DNA of 64,000 bases from Candidatus Saccharimonadota bacterium (lineage in GTDB: Bacteria > Patescibacteriota > Saccharimonadia > Saccharimonadales > Saccharimonadaceae), in NCBI GenBank assembly GCA_017460225.1, contig JAFUBM010000005.1, forward strand, positions 12,284 to 76,283, written 5' to 3'. Every line of letters starts with the position of its first letter. Within the stretch, counting starts at the first letter, position 1. The position numbers were made by a program, and so were the translations under genes. This document shows, in pieces, positions 36,396 to 44,867 of the stretch. The notes under the pieces were generated by a model. That model was not told the DNA's origin, searched no databases, and saw only the letters and a list, made by a program, of their open reading frames with translations.

Positions 36396-37862
36396 CTAGG
36401 GGCTGGAGCGCCTGATGAGTTTAATCTCAAGAGCTTCAACACGTTTGGAGAGACCGGTAGTGCCGGCGACTTCACCGTTTTTGACCCAATCTTGCCAGCC
36501 GATGTCCTGGACGTGGGCACGAGAATCGAGATTGATGACGGACGTTTTCCGGGCGATGTAAATCTGGATGGCTTCAATCTGCTTGGACTGGCCGGTAGTG
36601 CCGGCGACTTCGCCGTTTTTGACCCAATCTTGCCAGCCGATGTCCTGGACGTGGGCACGGTAGTAGATGTCGTAAGAGCTGGAGAGTTCGTCGCTGAGTT
36701 TGATCTCGATGGCTTCGATGCGCTTGCTACTGCCGGACTGGCCACTGATTTCTCCGTCTTGATGATAGGCCGACTCCCATCCTAAATCTTGGATGTGGGC
36801 GCGATAAAGGATGCCGGATTGGTCATCCGCGAGACGGATAGCAAAAGCGTCCATCAAAAGCGAATACCCGGAGCTGCCTGATACTTCGCCACCAGCAGAC
36901 CAATCAAGCCAGCCGACCTGTTTGAGGCTGGAGCGGTATTCTAGCGCGAGGACAGTGGGGACGACTTCTATATCGGAAACGCTAGCGATAGCGTCGGCGG
37001 CGGTTAGAGGTTTGACCGTGATGGTTGGGTCGCCGAACCAGTCGACAAAGAGGTAGAAGAAGTTGCGGTTGCCATAGGCGCCGCAAGAGACGGTGCCGTA
37101 GCCGACGCTGAGGGCGGCTTCGTTAGGTTGGTACGGAGTGTAGCGATAGAGGGCGGAAGTGGCGAGGTTTTCAATATTGACGACGGAGCCGCCGCAGCTA
37201 CTGTTGGGGTTGTAATAAATAAAGTTTTCGCCCAAGGGATAGTTGGTCCAGCCGCCGTCGAGGACGGTGCGGAAAAGCTCGGCAGCCTTAGATAGCTGGT
37301 TCTTGAAACCATAGTACTTCTCGTTACAAGGAGCGGTGTCGGGGCAGCCGTAGCCGGTGGCGGCTTTGTACTGGCGGGAGTTGGGCCAAGAGTCAGAGAT
37401 GAGACCTTGTTCCTTTTCGAGGAGGACAATCAGGACCTGGGGGTTGATCTGGTATTCTTGGGCAACTTCGTAGATAATCTCTGCGGCGGTCTGGGAGGCT
37501 TCGCCATCCTCGAGGAGATCACCGTAGTTGGTCCCGGAAGTAGCAAAGCGCTCTTCGGCGAGACAGACGAAGTGGCCGTCTGAGATGTGGTAGTGGACGC
37601 TAGGATACCAATCGGCTTTGTAAGTGTCCGTATTGTGGCAATTCCCTTTTGAAGATAGGAACGCCTGAATCTCCGAGACGGACATGGAGTCGGACTGGCT
37701 CATCATGTAGTCGGAGATGATATTACCGGCGCGGAAGTCGGAATGAGAGATGGCGGTAGAAGAAGACGGAAGCTTAAGCGCGAGAAAAGTAAAGACGGCG
37801 GCAAAAGAGAAGCTAAAGAGAAGTTTGAAGACGAGATGGGCGTGGGACTTGGGGAGGTTCAT
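36396..37862 (-). CDS. Secreted protein: lysozyme-like N-terminal domain plus four ChW-like repeats
   Basis: Signal/TM; INPQVLIVLLEKEQGL...GYGCPD; C-terminal RAHVQDIGWQDW...GEVAGTTG...RVEALEIKL repeats. Confidence 0.75.
   Translation of the reverse strand: MNLPKSHAHLVFKLLFSFSFAAVFTFLALKLPSSSTAISHSDFRAGNIISDYMMSQSDSMSVSEIQAFLSSKGNCHNTDTYKADWYPSVHYHISDGHFVCLAEERFATSGTNYGDLLEDGEASQTAAEIIYEVAQEYQINPQVLIVLLEKEQGLISDSWPNSRQYKAATGYGCPDTAPCNEKYYGFKNQLSKAAELFRTVLDGGWTNYPLGENFIYYNPNSSCGGSVVNIENLATSALYRYTPYQPNEAALSVGYGTVSCGAYGNRNFFYLFVDWFGDPTITVKPLTAADAIASVSDIEVVPTVLALEYRSSLKQVGWLDWSAGGEVSGSSGYSLLMDAFAIRLADDQSGILYRAHIQDLGWESAYHQDGEISGQSGSSKRIEAIEIKLSDELSSSYDIYYRAHVQDIGWQDWVKNGEVAGTTGQSKQIEAIQIYIARKTSVINLDSRAHVQDIGWQDWVKNGEVAGTTGLSKRVEALEIKLIRRSSP
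36454..36659. repeat. 68-bp direct repeat, 138-bp period, 1 mismatch (ChW-like repeats 3 and 4)
   Basis: 36454-36521 versus 36592-36659. Confidence 0.92.
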
Positions 37863-38479
37863 AAGTTAACCCTCCCGCTGATAATACCGGAACGATCGCC
37901 GGAAGTGAGGGTGATTTGGATGGAAGTCTCGCCGGAGAAGGTAGTGAGGCTAGAGAGTGGAATGTCAAAACCCTCGCAGGTGGACGAAGCGGCCTCGGGG
38001 AGAATGGCAGCGGAAACGGTGAGCTGACTATCGCCGTTAACCAGAGAGAGAGTGCAGGAGCCGGAGGAAAGATACTGGTCGATGTTGGTGCGGAGAACTA
38101 ACTGGTCGCCGGAGACGGCGGCGTAGGTCAAATTACCCGTGAGGGAGGGGGCGGCGTTGGCACTAGCGCCGTCGTACTTCTCCGGGGTCTTACCATCGGG
38201 ATTATCCGTGGCGGAGGAAGCGGAAGCAGAGGAAGAGTCTGTGGTAGTGTCTGAGGAAGATGAGAGCGGAGCGGCAACCGGGGCGGAGCTACTAGAGGAA
38301 GTCTCCGCCGAAGCAAGCTCCGGGAGATTATAAGACTTATCAAACAAGAAGCGGTAAGCTCCATAGATGACGACGCCGGCTAAGACTAAGAGAATAAGCC
38401 AGAAAACAAAGCGCAGAGGACTAAACTTGCGACGGCGGACAGAGGAGGATTTGGATGTTTGATGTTTGTGTTTAGGCAT
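37859..38479 (-). CDS. Single-pass membrane protein with Ser-rich linker and beta-rich C-terminal domain
   Basis: Basic N-terminus, TM, Ser/Ala linker, Cys pair. Confidence 0.75.
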   Translation of the reverse strand: MPKHKHQTSKSSSVRRRKFSPLRFVFWLILLVLAGVVIYGAYRFLFDKSYNLPELASAETSSSSSAPVAAPLSSSSDTTTDSSSASASSATDNPDGKTPEKYDGASANAAPSLTGNLTYAAVSGDQLVLRTNIDQYLSSGSCTLSLVNGDSQLTVSAAILPEAASSTCEGFDIPLSSLTTFSGETSIQITLTSGDRSGIISGRVNL

Positions 38480-38509
38480 AACCTTTCTCCTGGATATATT
38501 ATATATATA

Positions 38510-38839
38510 TTAGGCGCCAAGGTCAAGACCAAGGAGCTCGGCGGCACGGAGGAGAGTGCCGGCGTCTTCCTCAGAAGCGGATTTGAGCTTGAGCTGGAAG
38601 AGGGCGGTAGTCTCCGGAAAGGAGAGGTCGACAACCTCGAGCGAGCGAGCGGTGCCAGGAGTCTTCTTAAGAGCGCCTTTTTCTACTAAATTATCGATGT
38701 GTTCGGCGACAGCAGAGACAGAAGAAAGCCCGAGACCGGACATAATCTCACGATAAGACGGGGAGTAGTTGTGCTCTTCCACGAAGGCGGAGATAAAATC
38801 AACAATTTGCTTTTGCTTTTTTGTTAATTTGGCGGACAT
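38510..38839 (-). CDS. LexA-type N-terminal DNA-binding domain only (109 aa)
   Basis: LTKKQKQIVDFI...YSPSYREI..GLGLSSVSAVAEHIDNLVEKG...ARSL; no peptidase domain. Start moved to 38839. Confidence 0.85.
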   Translation of the reverse strand: MSAKLTKKQKQIVDFISAFVEEHNYSPSYREIMSGLGLSSVSAVAEHIDNLVEKGALKKTPGTARSLEVVDLSFPETTALFQLKLKSASEEDAGTLLRAAELLGLDLGA

Positions 38840-38861
38840 ATATGCTATAATTATAAGACAA
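38840..38861. promoter_or_regulatory. Overlapping divergent -10 elements in a 22-bp intergenic gap
   Basis: TATAATTATA at 38846-38855 gives TATAAT on both strands, each 10 nt from its ATG. Confidence 0.7.
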
Positions 38862-40697
38862 ATGGTCAAAGAAGAAAAGACGATCGACGGGTTCTCCGTC
38901 CGTAAGGCAAAAGATTCGAAACTCGTAACCCGTTCAAAAGCGGAGAAGTTGGCGCAACCGGCAAAAAAAACCGCGCCAAAGAAGCCCGCGAGCAAACCAG
39001 CACGGAAGGCTACTCCCGCAAAGAAAAAAGCGGTTAAGAAGACTCGGCCGGTAAAAATCGAGATAGCAGACGAAGTACGTGAGACAAAGGTAGATACACG
39101 GCTAGAGGAAGAGTTGTTTGGAAAACGCGAAGAAGCACACGAGGATTTTTTGGCGCCGGTAGAGAGCTTTGACCTGGGTGAAGAAGACAAAGGCGGAACA
39201 AGCGAGGGGCGACTAGAGGAAGTAGACGACGCCGAAGTAATTGAGATGAAAAACGAGAAGAAAACAAAGCGCGAACTTAAAAAAGCCGAAAAGGCAGCCA
39301 AGAAAGAGCGCAAGGCGCTAGCAAAGCAAAAGAAAGCGGAGAAGAAGTCGAAAGGCAAGCTTGTAGTAAAGATTGTTTTGGCTATCCTACTTATCGCAAT
39401 TATCGGTGGCGGAGTCTATCTCTACTTCTGGGGAAATGATTTGATCAAGAAGTTGACCGGAGGCGAGGGGAGTGTCTGGAGCGCCATCGGCGCGATGACA
39501 AGCGAAACCTACGAGCCGCTCAAGACCGACGCCAACGGGCGGACGAACATCTTGCTCTACGGCACGAGCGGGTTTGATGCGAGCGGGACGGGCTACGGCG
39601 GCGGCACGCACGACGGTTCTTCCCTAACGGACTCCATCATGATCTTGTCGCTTGACCAAGAAACGGGAGATATTGCGATGGTATCCTTACCGCGCGACCT
39701 CAAGGCTGGCTACACTTGCACCTCGACCGGAAAGGTAAACGAAGTCTACTGGTGCGCGACATTCAAATACGACAAGCCGCTAACAATTGAGCAAGAGGCG
39801 GAGGGAGCGAACGCTTTGCAGGCGAAGATCCAAGAAATCCTGGGAATCGAGACGCAATACTTTGTCCACATGAACTGGGGGGCGCTAGTCTCCATCGTGG
39901 ACACGCTCGGCGGAATTACTATCACGCTCGACGAAGACATCAATGATTATAACTGGACGGGGGCGGTATACGAGGCAGGGGTGGAGTATACAATAGGCGG
40001 CGAGCAAGCTCTAGGCTTAGCCCGAGCGCGGCACGGTACACAGTATGGCGACTTTACCCGTGGCAACTCCCAGCAGAAAATCTTAATCGGTATCAAGAAT
40101 AAGGTTGTGGAGAAGGGGTTGAGCTTGACGGACGCGCTGACAATTCTCAATGCGCTGGGCGACAACTTGCGCTCAAACCTCGATATGGAAGCGATGAAGA
40201 CCGGGATGCATCTACTCGAGACCTTTGACCTCGACTCAATGCGGCAGATTCCGCTGGTAGGCGACGCCTACTATATGACGACAGCTAACATTGGCGGCAT
40301 CTCCTACGTAATCCCGAGTGAAGGCGCTGACAGATACACAAAACTGCAAGAATATATCGCGCGGATGCTGAAGAGCAACCCGGCAGAGCGCGAGGGCGCA
40401 GAGCTCTTGGTCCTCAACGGCACAGGCGAAGCGGGCGTGGCAGCGACAGAGCGCGAACGGCTAGAAAAGCGCGGCTACACCATCAAGGCGATCGATGATG
40501 CGCCGGAGGGCGAATATGCTTACACGGAAGATATCGAAATCTATGACACGAGCGAAGGATTGAAGCCGGAAACGAAGAAAGCGCTGGAAGATTTTTATGG
40601 AGTGGAGATGAAAGATATGGCGGAGCTGCCGAACGGGATTTCGCCGGTTGGATACGACTTTATCATTATTATTGGTGATAGCTCCATAGAAGAATAA
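38862..40697 (+). CDS. LCP (LytR-CpsA-Psr) glycopolymer transferase with C-terminal LytR_C domain
   Basis: NILLYG, LTDSIM, SLPRDL, ARARH, DFTRG..QQ, LVLNGT..AGVA. Start moved to 38862. Confidence 0.9.
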   Translation: MVKEEKTIDGFSVRKAKDSKLVTRSKAEKLAQPAKKTAPKKPASKPARKATPAKKKAVKKTRPVKIEIADEVRETKVDTRLEEELFGKREEAHEDFLAPVESFDLGEEDKGGTSEGRLEEVDDAEVIEMKNEKKTKRELKKAEKAAKKERKALAKQKKAEKKSKGKLVVKIVLAILLIAIIGGGVYLYFWGNDLIKKLTGGEGSVWSAIGAMTSETYEPLKTDANGRTNILLYGTSGFDASGTGYGGGTHDGSSLTDSIMILSLDQETGDIAMVSLPRDLKAGYTCTSTGKVNEVYWCATFKYDKPLTIEQEAEGANALQAKIQEILGIETQYFVHMNWGALVSIVDTLGGITITLDEDINDYNWTGAVYEAGVEYTIGGEQALGLARARHGTQYGDFTRGNSQQKILIGIKNKVVEKGLSLTDALTILNALGDNLRSNLDMEAMKTGMHLLETFDLDSMRQIPLVGDAYYMTTANIGGISYVIPSEGADRYTKLQEYIARMLKSNPAEREGAELLVLNGTGEAGVAATERERLEKRGYTIKAIDDAPEGEYAYTEDIEIYDTSEGLKPETKKALEDFYGVEMKDMAELPNGISPVGYDFIIIIGDSSIEE

Positions 40698-40723
40698 AAA
40701 AGCTCCCCTTTCGGGGAGCTTTT
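40698..40723. terminator. Bidirectional terminator
   Basis: AAAAGCTCCCC-TTTC-GGGGAGCTTTT. Confidence 0.85.
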
Positions 40724-40726
40724 AGG

Positions 40727-41188
40727 TTAGTCTTCCTTTTTGGAGATGATGAGGACGCGGTCGCGGCCTTCACCTTCGGAGTGGGTGGTGACGTCGGAAT
40801 AATCTTCCGCAAGCTTATGGACGACACGGCGGTCGGCGGCGTTGAGGTTGATAGTCATAGACTCACCGGTCTGACGCACCTTTTTGATCCAACCCTCAGC
40901 ACGCTCTGCGATACGGTCGGCACGCTGGCGCTTGTAGTCGGCGATGTCGACGTTGACCCGAGTGAGCTCGGCGTTTTTGGAAATCAAAGCCTGGGATACG
41001 ACGTGCTGGAGGCAGCGAAGGTTCTCGGCGTTCTTGCCGATCAATAAACTGTTCATGGACGTCGATGGGACGGAAAGCTGGATGACTTCGTCGTCGACCG
41101 TGGAATAGACCGCAACGTTAATCCCGAAGAAACTTAACAGGTCTTCTAGGTATTTGGTGGCGAAGCGGATGGATTCGTCTTGGTTCAT
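40727..41188 (-). CDS. jag: Jag/KhpB RNA-binding protein (KH + R3H, no Jag_N domain)
   Basis: LLIGKNAENL..LQ, RRVVH, HSEGEGRDR. Confidence 0.88.
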   Translation of the reverse strand: MNQDESIRFATKYLEDLLSFFGINVAVYSTVDDEVIQLSVPSTSMNSLLIGKNAENLRCLQHVVSQALISKNAELTRVNVDIADYKRQRADRIAERAEGWIKKVRQTGESMTINLNAADRRVVHKLAEDYSDVTTHSEGEGRDRVLIISKKED

Positions 41189-41192
41189 ATAA

Positions 41193-42185
41193 TTATCTCC
41201 TTTTCTTTTTAGTAGACTTGGCGGAGATGCGTGTGATTTTTGTACCGGATTTTTTGTTTTCTATAACCTCACCCTCTTTGAGGTTGGTGAATTGTTTTAG
41301 TTCTTTAAGAATGGCTTTGTCGCCGAGGGTTTCCATCTCGGCTTCGGCGGATTTGAGGACGAGAGATTGCTGGACGTAAGTGATGACGTTAGATAAGAAA
41401 TAATAGAGGACGAGTGCGCCGGGGAGATTGATCATAATCAGGAGGAGTATAACAGGCATCATATAGGACATCTGAGCCATGGACATATCGTTGATCTCGG
41501 CTTGGTCGAGCTCTTTACCTTCGCCGGCTTCCTTCATCAGCTGGCGGAAAGATTTGCTCTTGGACTTGCCAGAAGGACGTTGCTGGCGAGAGAGGAGATA
41601 TTGAGAAAAGGCCGCGAGGATAGAGAGGGCGAGCATAGCAACCGCGGACTTAGACTTAAAACCGGGGGTAACCTCGAGATTAACAAGGCCGAGGAGAGTG
41701 GGATGGAAATCGTAGGTCTTGTCCTCTGCCGTAGACTCAAGATAGGCGTTTTGGAGAGAGATGACACTGGAGATGTTGGAGCCGTCGGTCTTGACGAAAG
41801 AGTAGGCACGAGAGTCGAGATTTTTCTCGACCGTGGGCGGAGTAACCATAATGCGGATGGCGCCAAAAATCGCGATAAACATCGGGAGCTGAATCAAGAG
41901 AGTGAGAATCGAGCGGAAAGGCTTGACGTTGTACTTCTTATAGAGATCCATGGTCTGAAGCGACTCGAGCTGGCGGTTGCCGTTGCAGTTCTTCTTAATC
42001 TGGGCGAGCTCGGGCTGAATCTTGCGCATCAGCTTGGTCTGGCGAAGCTGAGAGCGAGTCAGGGGATACATACAGAGCTTAACGAGAATCACAAAGAGAA
42101 TGATAGCGATACCAAAGTCCCCAACGAGGTTGTAAATCAAAAAGAGGATGTTAGTGATAGGACGGATGATAATAGTATCAATCAT
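41193..42185 (-). CDS. yidC: Membrane protein insertase YidC
   Basis: FGIAIIL..LVK..MYPL, IQPEL, LLIQLPMF, LYYFLSN. Confidence 0.93.
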   Translation of the reverse strand: MIDTIIIRPITNILFLIYNLVGDFGIAIILFVILVKLCMYPLTRSQLRQTKLMRKIQPELAQIKKNCNGNRQLESLQTMDLYKKYNVKPFRSILTLLIQLPMFIAIFGAIRIMVTPPTVEKNLDSRAYSFVKTDGSNISSVISLQNAYLESTAEDKTYDFHPTLLGLVNLEVTPGFKSKSAVAMLALSILAAFSQYLLSRQQRPSGKSKSKSFRQLMKEAGEGKELDQAEINDMSMAQMSYMMPVILLLIMINLPGALVLYYFLSNVITYVQQSLVLKSAEAEMETLGDKAILKELKQFTNLKEGEVIENKKSGTKITRISAKSTKKKRR

Positions 42186-42194
42186 AAGTTCACC

Positions 42195-42539
42195 TTATTG
42201 TAGCATACTTTCCTCATAAAGAGAACGGAGAAGCTTTTGGAGATCGGCAAAGGGTAGATCTTTAACCTTGCGATCGTAAATCACAAAGATATAGTCGCGC
42301 GGGAACTGCAACAGACGGTTAAGATCAAGACGTAAAGCTTCGTAGACGCGGCGGCGAATCCGGTTCCGGGCGACGGCGGATTTGTAGACTTTTTTAGAGA
42401 CAACCACAGCAAAACGATTGCAGCCACGCGAGTTGGGCGCAAAAATCAGAGAGGCTTCCGGGCGGCGGATGGTTTTGCCGGATAGATAAGTGTGTTTTAC
42501 TCCGCCACGGGAGTGGAAGCGGTATTTACTGTTTAGCAT
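42195..42539 (-). CDS. rnpA: Ribonuclease P protein
   Basis: VSKKVYKSAVARNRIRRR. Start moved to 42539. Confidence 0.93.
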   Translation of the reverse strand: MLNSKYRFHSRGGVKHTYLSGKTIRRPEASLIFAPNSRGCNRFAVVVSKKVYKSAVARNRIRRRVYEALRLDLNRLLQFPRDYIFVIYDRKVKDLPFADLQKLLRSLYEESMLQ

Positions 42540-42561
42540 ATATATATTATAACATATTGTG

Positions 42562-42770
42562 GTCATTTCTTGGCTGGCTATAACGGCGAAGGATTCTTTC
42601 TCGCTAGGGAAAATCCAGTCTGATTTTTCTCGACGTCCAGTCGAGCGGCTCGCAAAGCCGTTCGGGTAGCACCGGCCACGTTTTGCTCGCCTTCGTGTCC
42701 GTCTCGAAAAATCCGTGGATTTTCTTTAGTCGCTTCGAAAGAACCGTTCGCCTCGCCGGCAAGAAATGAC
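42562..42770. mobile_element. 209-bp MITE/REPIN-like element, copy 1
   Basis: 11-bp terminal IR GTCATTTCTTG/CAAGAAATGAC; long imperfect subterminal IR; second copy at 62184. Confidence 0.75.
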
Positions 42771-42778
42771 TGATATTT

Positions 42779-42834
42779 CTGGCGGGGAGAGACCCCCGCC
42801 AGCCAAAAACAGAAAGAACCCGTTAGGGTTCTTT
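42779..42834 (-). terminator. Two hairpins downstream of rpmH
   Basis: CTGGCGGGG/CCCCGCCAG (42779-42802) and AAAGAACCC/GGGTTCTTT (42813-42834). Confidence 0.65.
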
Positions 42835-42843
42835 CCACTGGAA

Positions 42844-42981
42844 TTAATATGTGAGGCGTTTGCGGCCTTTGAGGCGGCGGCGCTTCAAGACGAGGCGGCC
42901 GGCGTGGGTGGCGTTGCGCTTCATGAAACCATGCTCAGCTTTGCGTTGGCGCTTGTGGGGCTGATACGTACGTTTAGGCAT
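42844..42981 (-). CDS. rpmH: 50S ribosomal protein L34 (45 aa; absent from the ORF track)
   Basis: Manual translation [45 protein letters not shown]; canonical position divergent from dnaA. Confidence 0.95.
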   Translation of the reverse strand: MPKRTYQPHKRQRKAEHGFMKRNATHAGRLVLKRRRLKGRKRLTY

Positions 42982-43039
42982 AAAATAGAAATCCTATATA
43001 GTTTATTTAATTGCAATTATTTGGTCTATTATAGCAGAG

Positions 43040-43167
43040 TTTTCCACGAATGACAAGGAGTTTTCCACAACGAAACAGGTTAGCTGGCGAAAAAGTGGAA
43101 AAGTTGTTCCCTGTTAGAAAAATCTATATTAGAAAATAAAAAAATCTTCTTGCGAACTTGTGGAAAA
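43040..43167. promoter_or_regulatory. DnaA-box cluster upstream of dnaA
   Basis: TTTTCCACG 43040, TTTTCCACA 43061, AGTGGAAAA 43094, TGTGGAAAA 43159. Confidence 0.8.
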
Positions 43168-43221
43168 CTTTGGAGAGATAGGGTATAATGGAGGGAGTTA
43201 AGGAGGTCGAAAAAACAAACC

Positions 43222-44616
43222 ATGTTTGATGTGTTCCAGAATGTGTTGGCAGAAGTCCAGAGAGAAGTCTCGGATGCCTCCTTTAAGACGTGGTTTAAGG
43301 ACGTGGAGCTGACTAATCTAGACCGTAAAGCGAAGGTGGCGACGATTGGCGCGCCGAATGTGTTTGTGACTAAACAGCTAGAGTCGAAGTATCTAGAGAT
43401 GTTAATGGAGGCGTTTAGACATAACAAAATAGAGTTAACTAAAATAGATTTTACGGTGAAGTCGACCGGCAAGACTAAGGTACGGTCGCGAGAAATCAGG
43501 AATGAGGAAGGAATAACCCTAGGGGGAGCGGAGCGGATGAGCTCTGTGGGGGAGCTGGCCGGACGGATGCGCGGCATGAAGCCGACGGGTGGATTCAATA
43601 CGGGGCTAAACTCAAAGTATACCTTGGACAACTTTGTAGTGGGGAGAAATAACGACCTGGCGGCGGGCGTGGCACGACTAATCGTGAAGCAGCCCGGGGG
43701 AAAGTACAATCCGTTTTTCCTATACGGCGGGCCGGGGCTAGGTAAGACACACTTGGTACAGGCGATCGGAAACGCCATCCTGGAGCGAGACCCGAAGTGC
43801 CGCGTGTTGTACATCACGATGAATCATTTTTATTCGGAATTTATCAACTCAATCCGAGCAAACAAGGGCGAGGAGTTTGTGCGGAAATACCAGAAGCTGG
43901 ATGTGCTGATTATCGACGATTTCCAGATGATTATCGGGAAAGACCGGAGCCAGGAAGAGTTTTTCAATATTTTTAACGACCTACATCAGGCAAATAAGCA
44001 GATTATCGTAACGAGCGATCGGTTACCCGACCAAATCAAGACCTTAGACGCGAGGCTATCGAGCCGACTAACTTGGGCGGGAGCGTATGACTTGCAGTTC
44101 CCCGGCTTTGAGGATAGATGCGCTATCTTGAAAGCCAAGGCGGAGTTTATGGGGCAAGAGATCGAAGACGCAGCGATTGAGTTTATTGCGGAAAACGTCA
44201 AAACCAACATTCGCGACCTTGAGGGAGAATTCCAGAAGATTATGGTGACGAGCGAAATCCGCGGAATGAGCCCGCTGGAGCTAATCAACGAGGGGTATAT
44301 CTCCGGCTCGGTGGTGCAGCGACGAAGAAACGTCACCGCAAGACAGGTGGTGGAGAAGGTGGCAAAATACTACAACTTGACCGTGATAGAAATGACTGGA
44401 AAAAGCCGAGTGAGCAATATCAAAACCGCAAGGCAGGTGGCGATGTATCTACTATCGAAAGAGTTAGGGATGTCAACCACTAAGATTGCACCGGAAGTGG
44501 GAGTAAAAGACCATACGACCGTAATGAACGGCCTAAAACGCATCGAGGCGGAACAAAAAACGGATTTTATGCTCCGAGACCAAGTGGAGCAGATTCGCGA
44601 GGCGATTTATGGATAG
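43222..44616 (+). CDS. dnaA: Chromosomal replication initiator DnaA
   Basis: NPFFLYGGPGLGKTHL, DVLIIDD, QEEFFNIFN, NIRDLEG, KDHTTV. Confidence 0.98.
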   Translation: MFDVFQNVLAEVQREVSDASFKTWFKDVELTNLDRKAKVATIGAPNVFVTKQLESKYLEMLMEAFRHNKIELTKIDFTVKSTGKTKVRSREIRNEEGITLGGAERMSSVGELAGRMRGMKPTGGFNTGLNSKYTLDNFVVGRNNDLAAGVARLIVKQPGGKYNPFFLYGGPGLGKTHLVQAIGNAILERDPKCRVLYITMNHFYSEFINSIRANKGEEFVRKYQKLDVLIIDDFQMIIGKDRSQEEFFNIFNDLHQANKQIIVTSDRLPDQIKTLDARLSSRLTWAGAYDLQFPGFEDRCAILKAKAEFMGQEIEDAAIEFIAENVKTNIRDLEGEFQKIMVTSEIRGMSPLELINEGYISGSVVQRRRNVTARQVVEKVAKYYNLTVIEMTGKSRVSNIKTARQVAMYLLSKELGMSTTKIAPEVGVKDHTTVMNGLKRIEAEQKTDFMLRDQVEQIREAIYG

Positions 44617-44629
44617 CCGAAGTAAAAAC

Positions 44630-44857
44630 TGTGGATTACTTGGTGGAAAAATGAGTGATATTTGTGCGGGGTTACGGTGCGAAAAACTGTGCAAAGCTAG
44701 ATTAGCTATAAACCAAACCGAATTAGAATGTGTAGAATTGTCGCGGCTGGTGGAGTATGGAGCTGGGGTTGGTGGAAAAGTCTATCAGATGAGAAAGCAA
44801 TTAAAAACACGGAAATCATGTTTTCCACATAGGTTACTATTACTACTAAATAAATAA
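44630..44857. other. oriC segment: DnaA boxes, DnaA-trios and AT-rich unwinding region
   Basis: TGTGGATTA 44630, GGTGGAAAA 44642 and 44771, TTTTCCACA 44821, then TAGGT and TAC-TAT-TAC-TAC-TAA (44835-44849). Confidence 0.8.
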
Positions 44858-44867
44858 GGAGGAAGAA

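Noticed and set aside
36454-36659. Possible CRISPR array or DGR template/variable repeat pair
   Set aside because: Only two in-frame copies within a CDS; the single mismatch is not an adenine-mutagenesis pattern; no cas or reverse transcriptase gene in the window.
38840-39358. 282-aa extended LexA ORF and other long 5' extensions (4293..5270, 8980, 18177, 31861, 32756, 56284, 58987)
   Set aside because: Extensions overlap neighbouring genes or promoters; downstream ATGs fit the family N-termini and -10 or SD signals.
42578-42838. 86-aa ORF here and 69-aa ORF at 62200..62409 with near-identical sequence
   Set aside because: Both are read-throughs of the 209-bp repeat with different starts, no SD or promoter, and no transposase motifs.
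44609-44857. 82-aa ORF between dnaA and dnaN
   Set aside because: Occupies the DnaA-box and trio region of oriC; no recognisable protein features.
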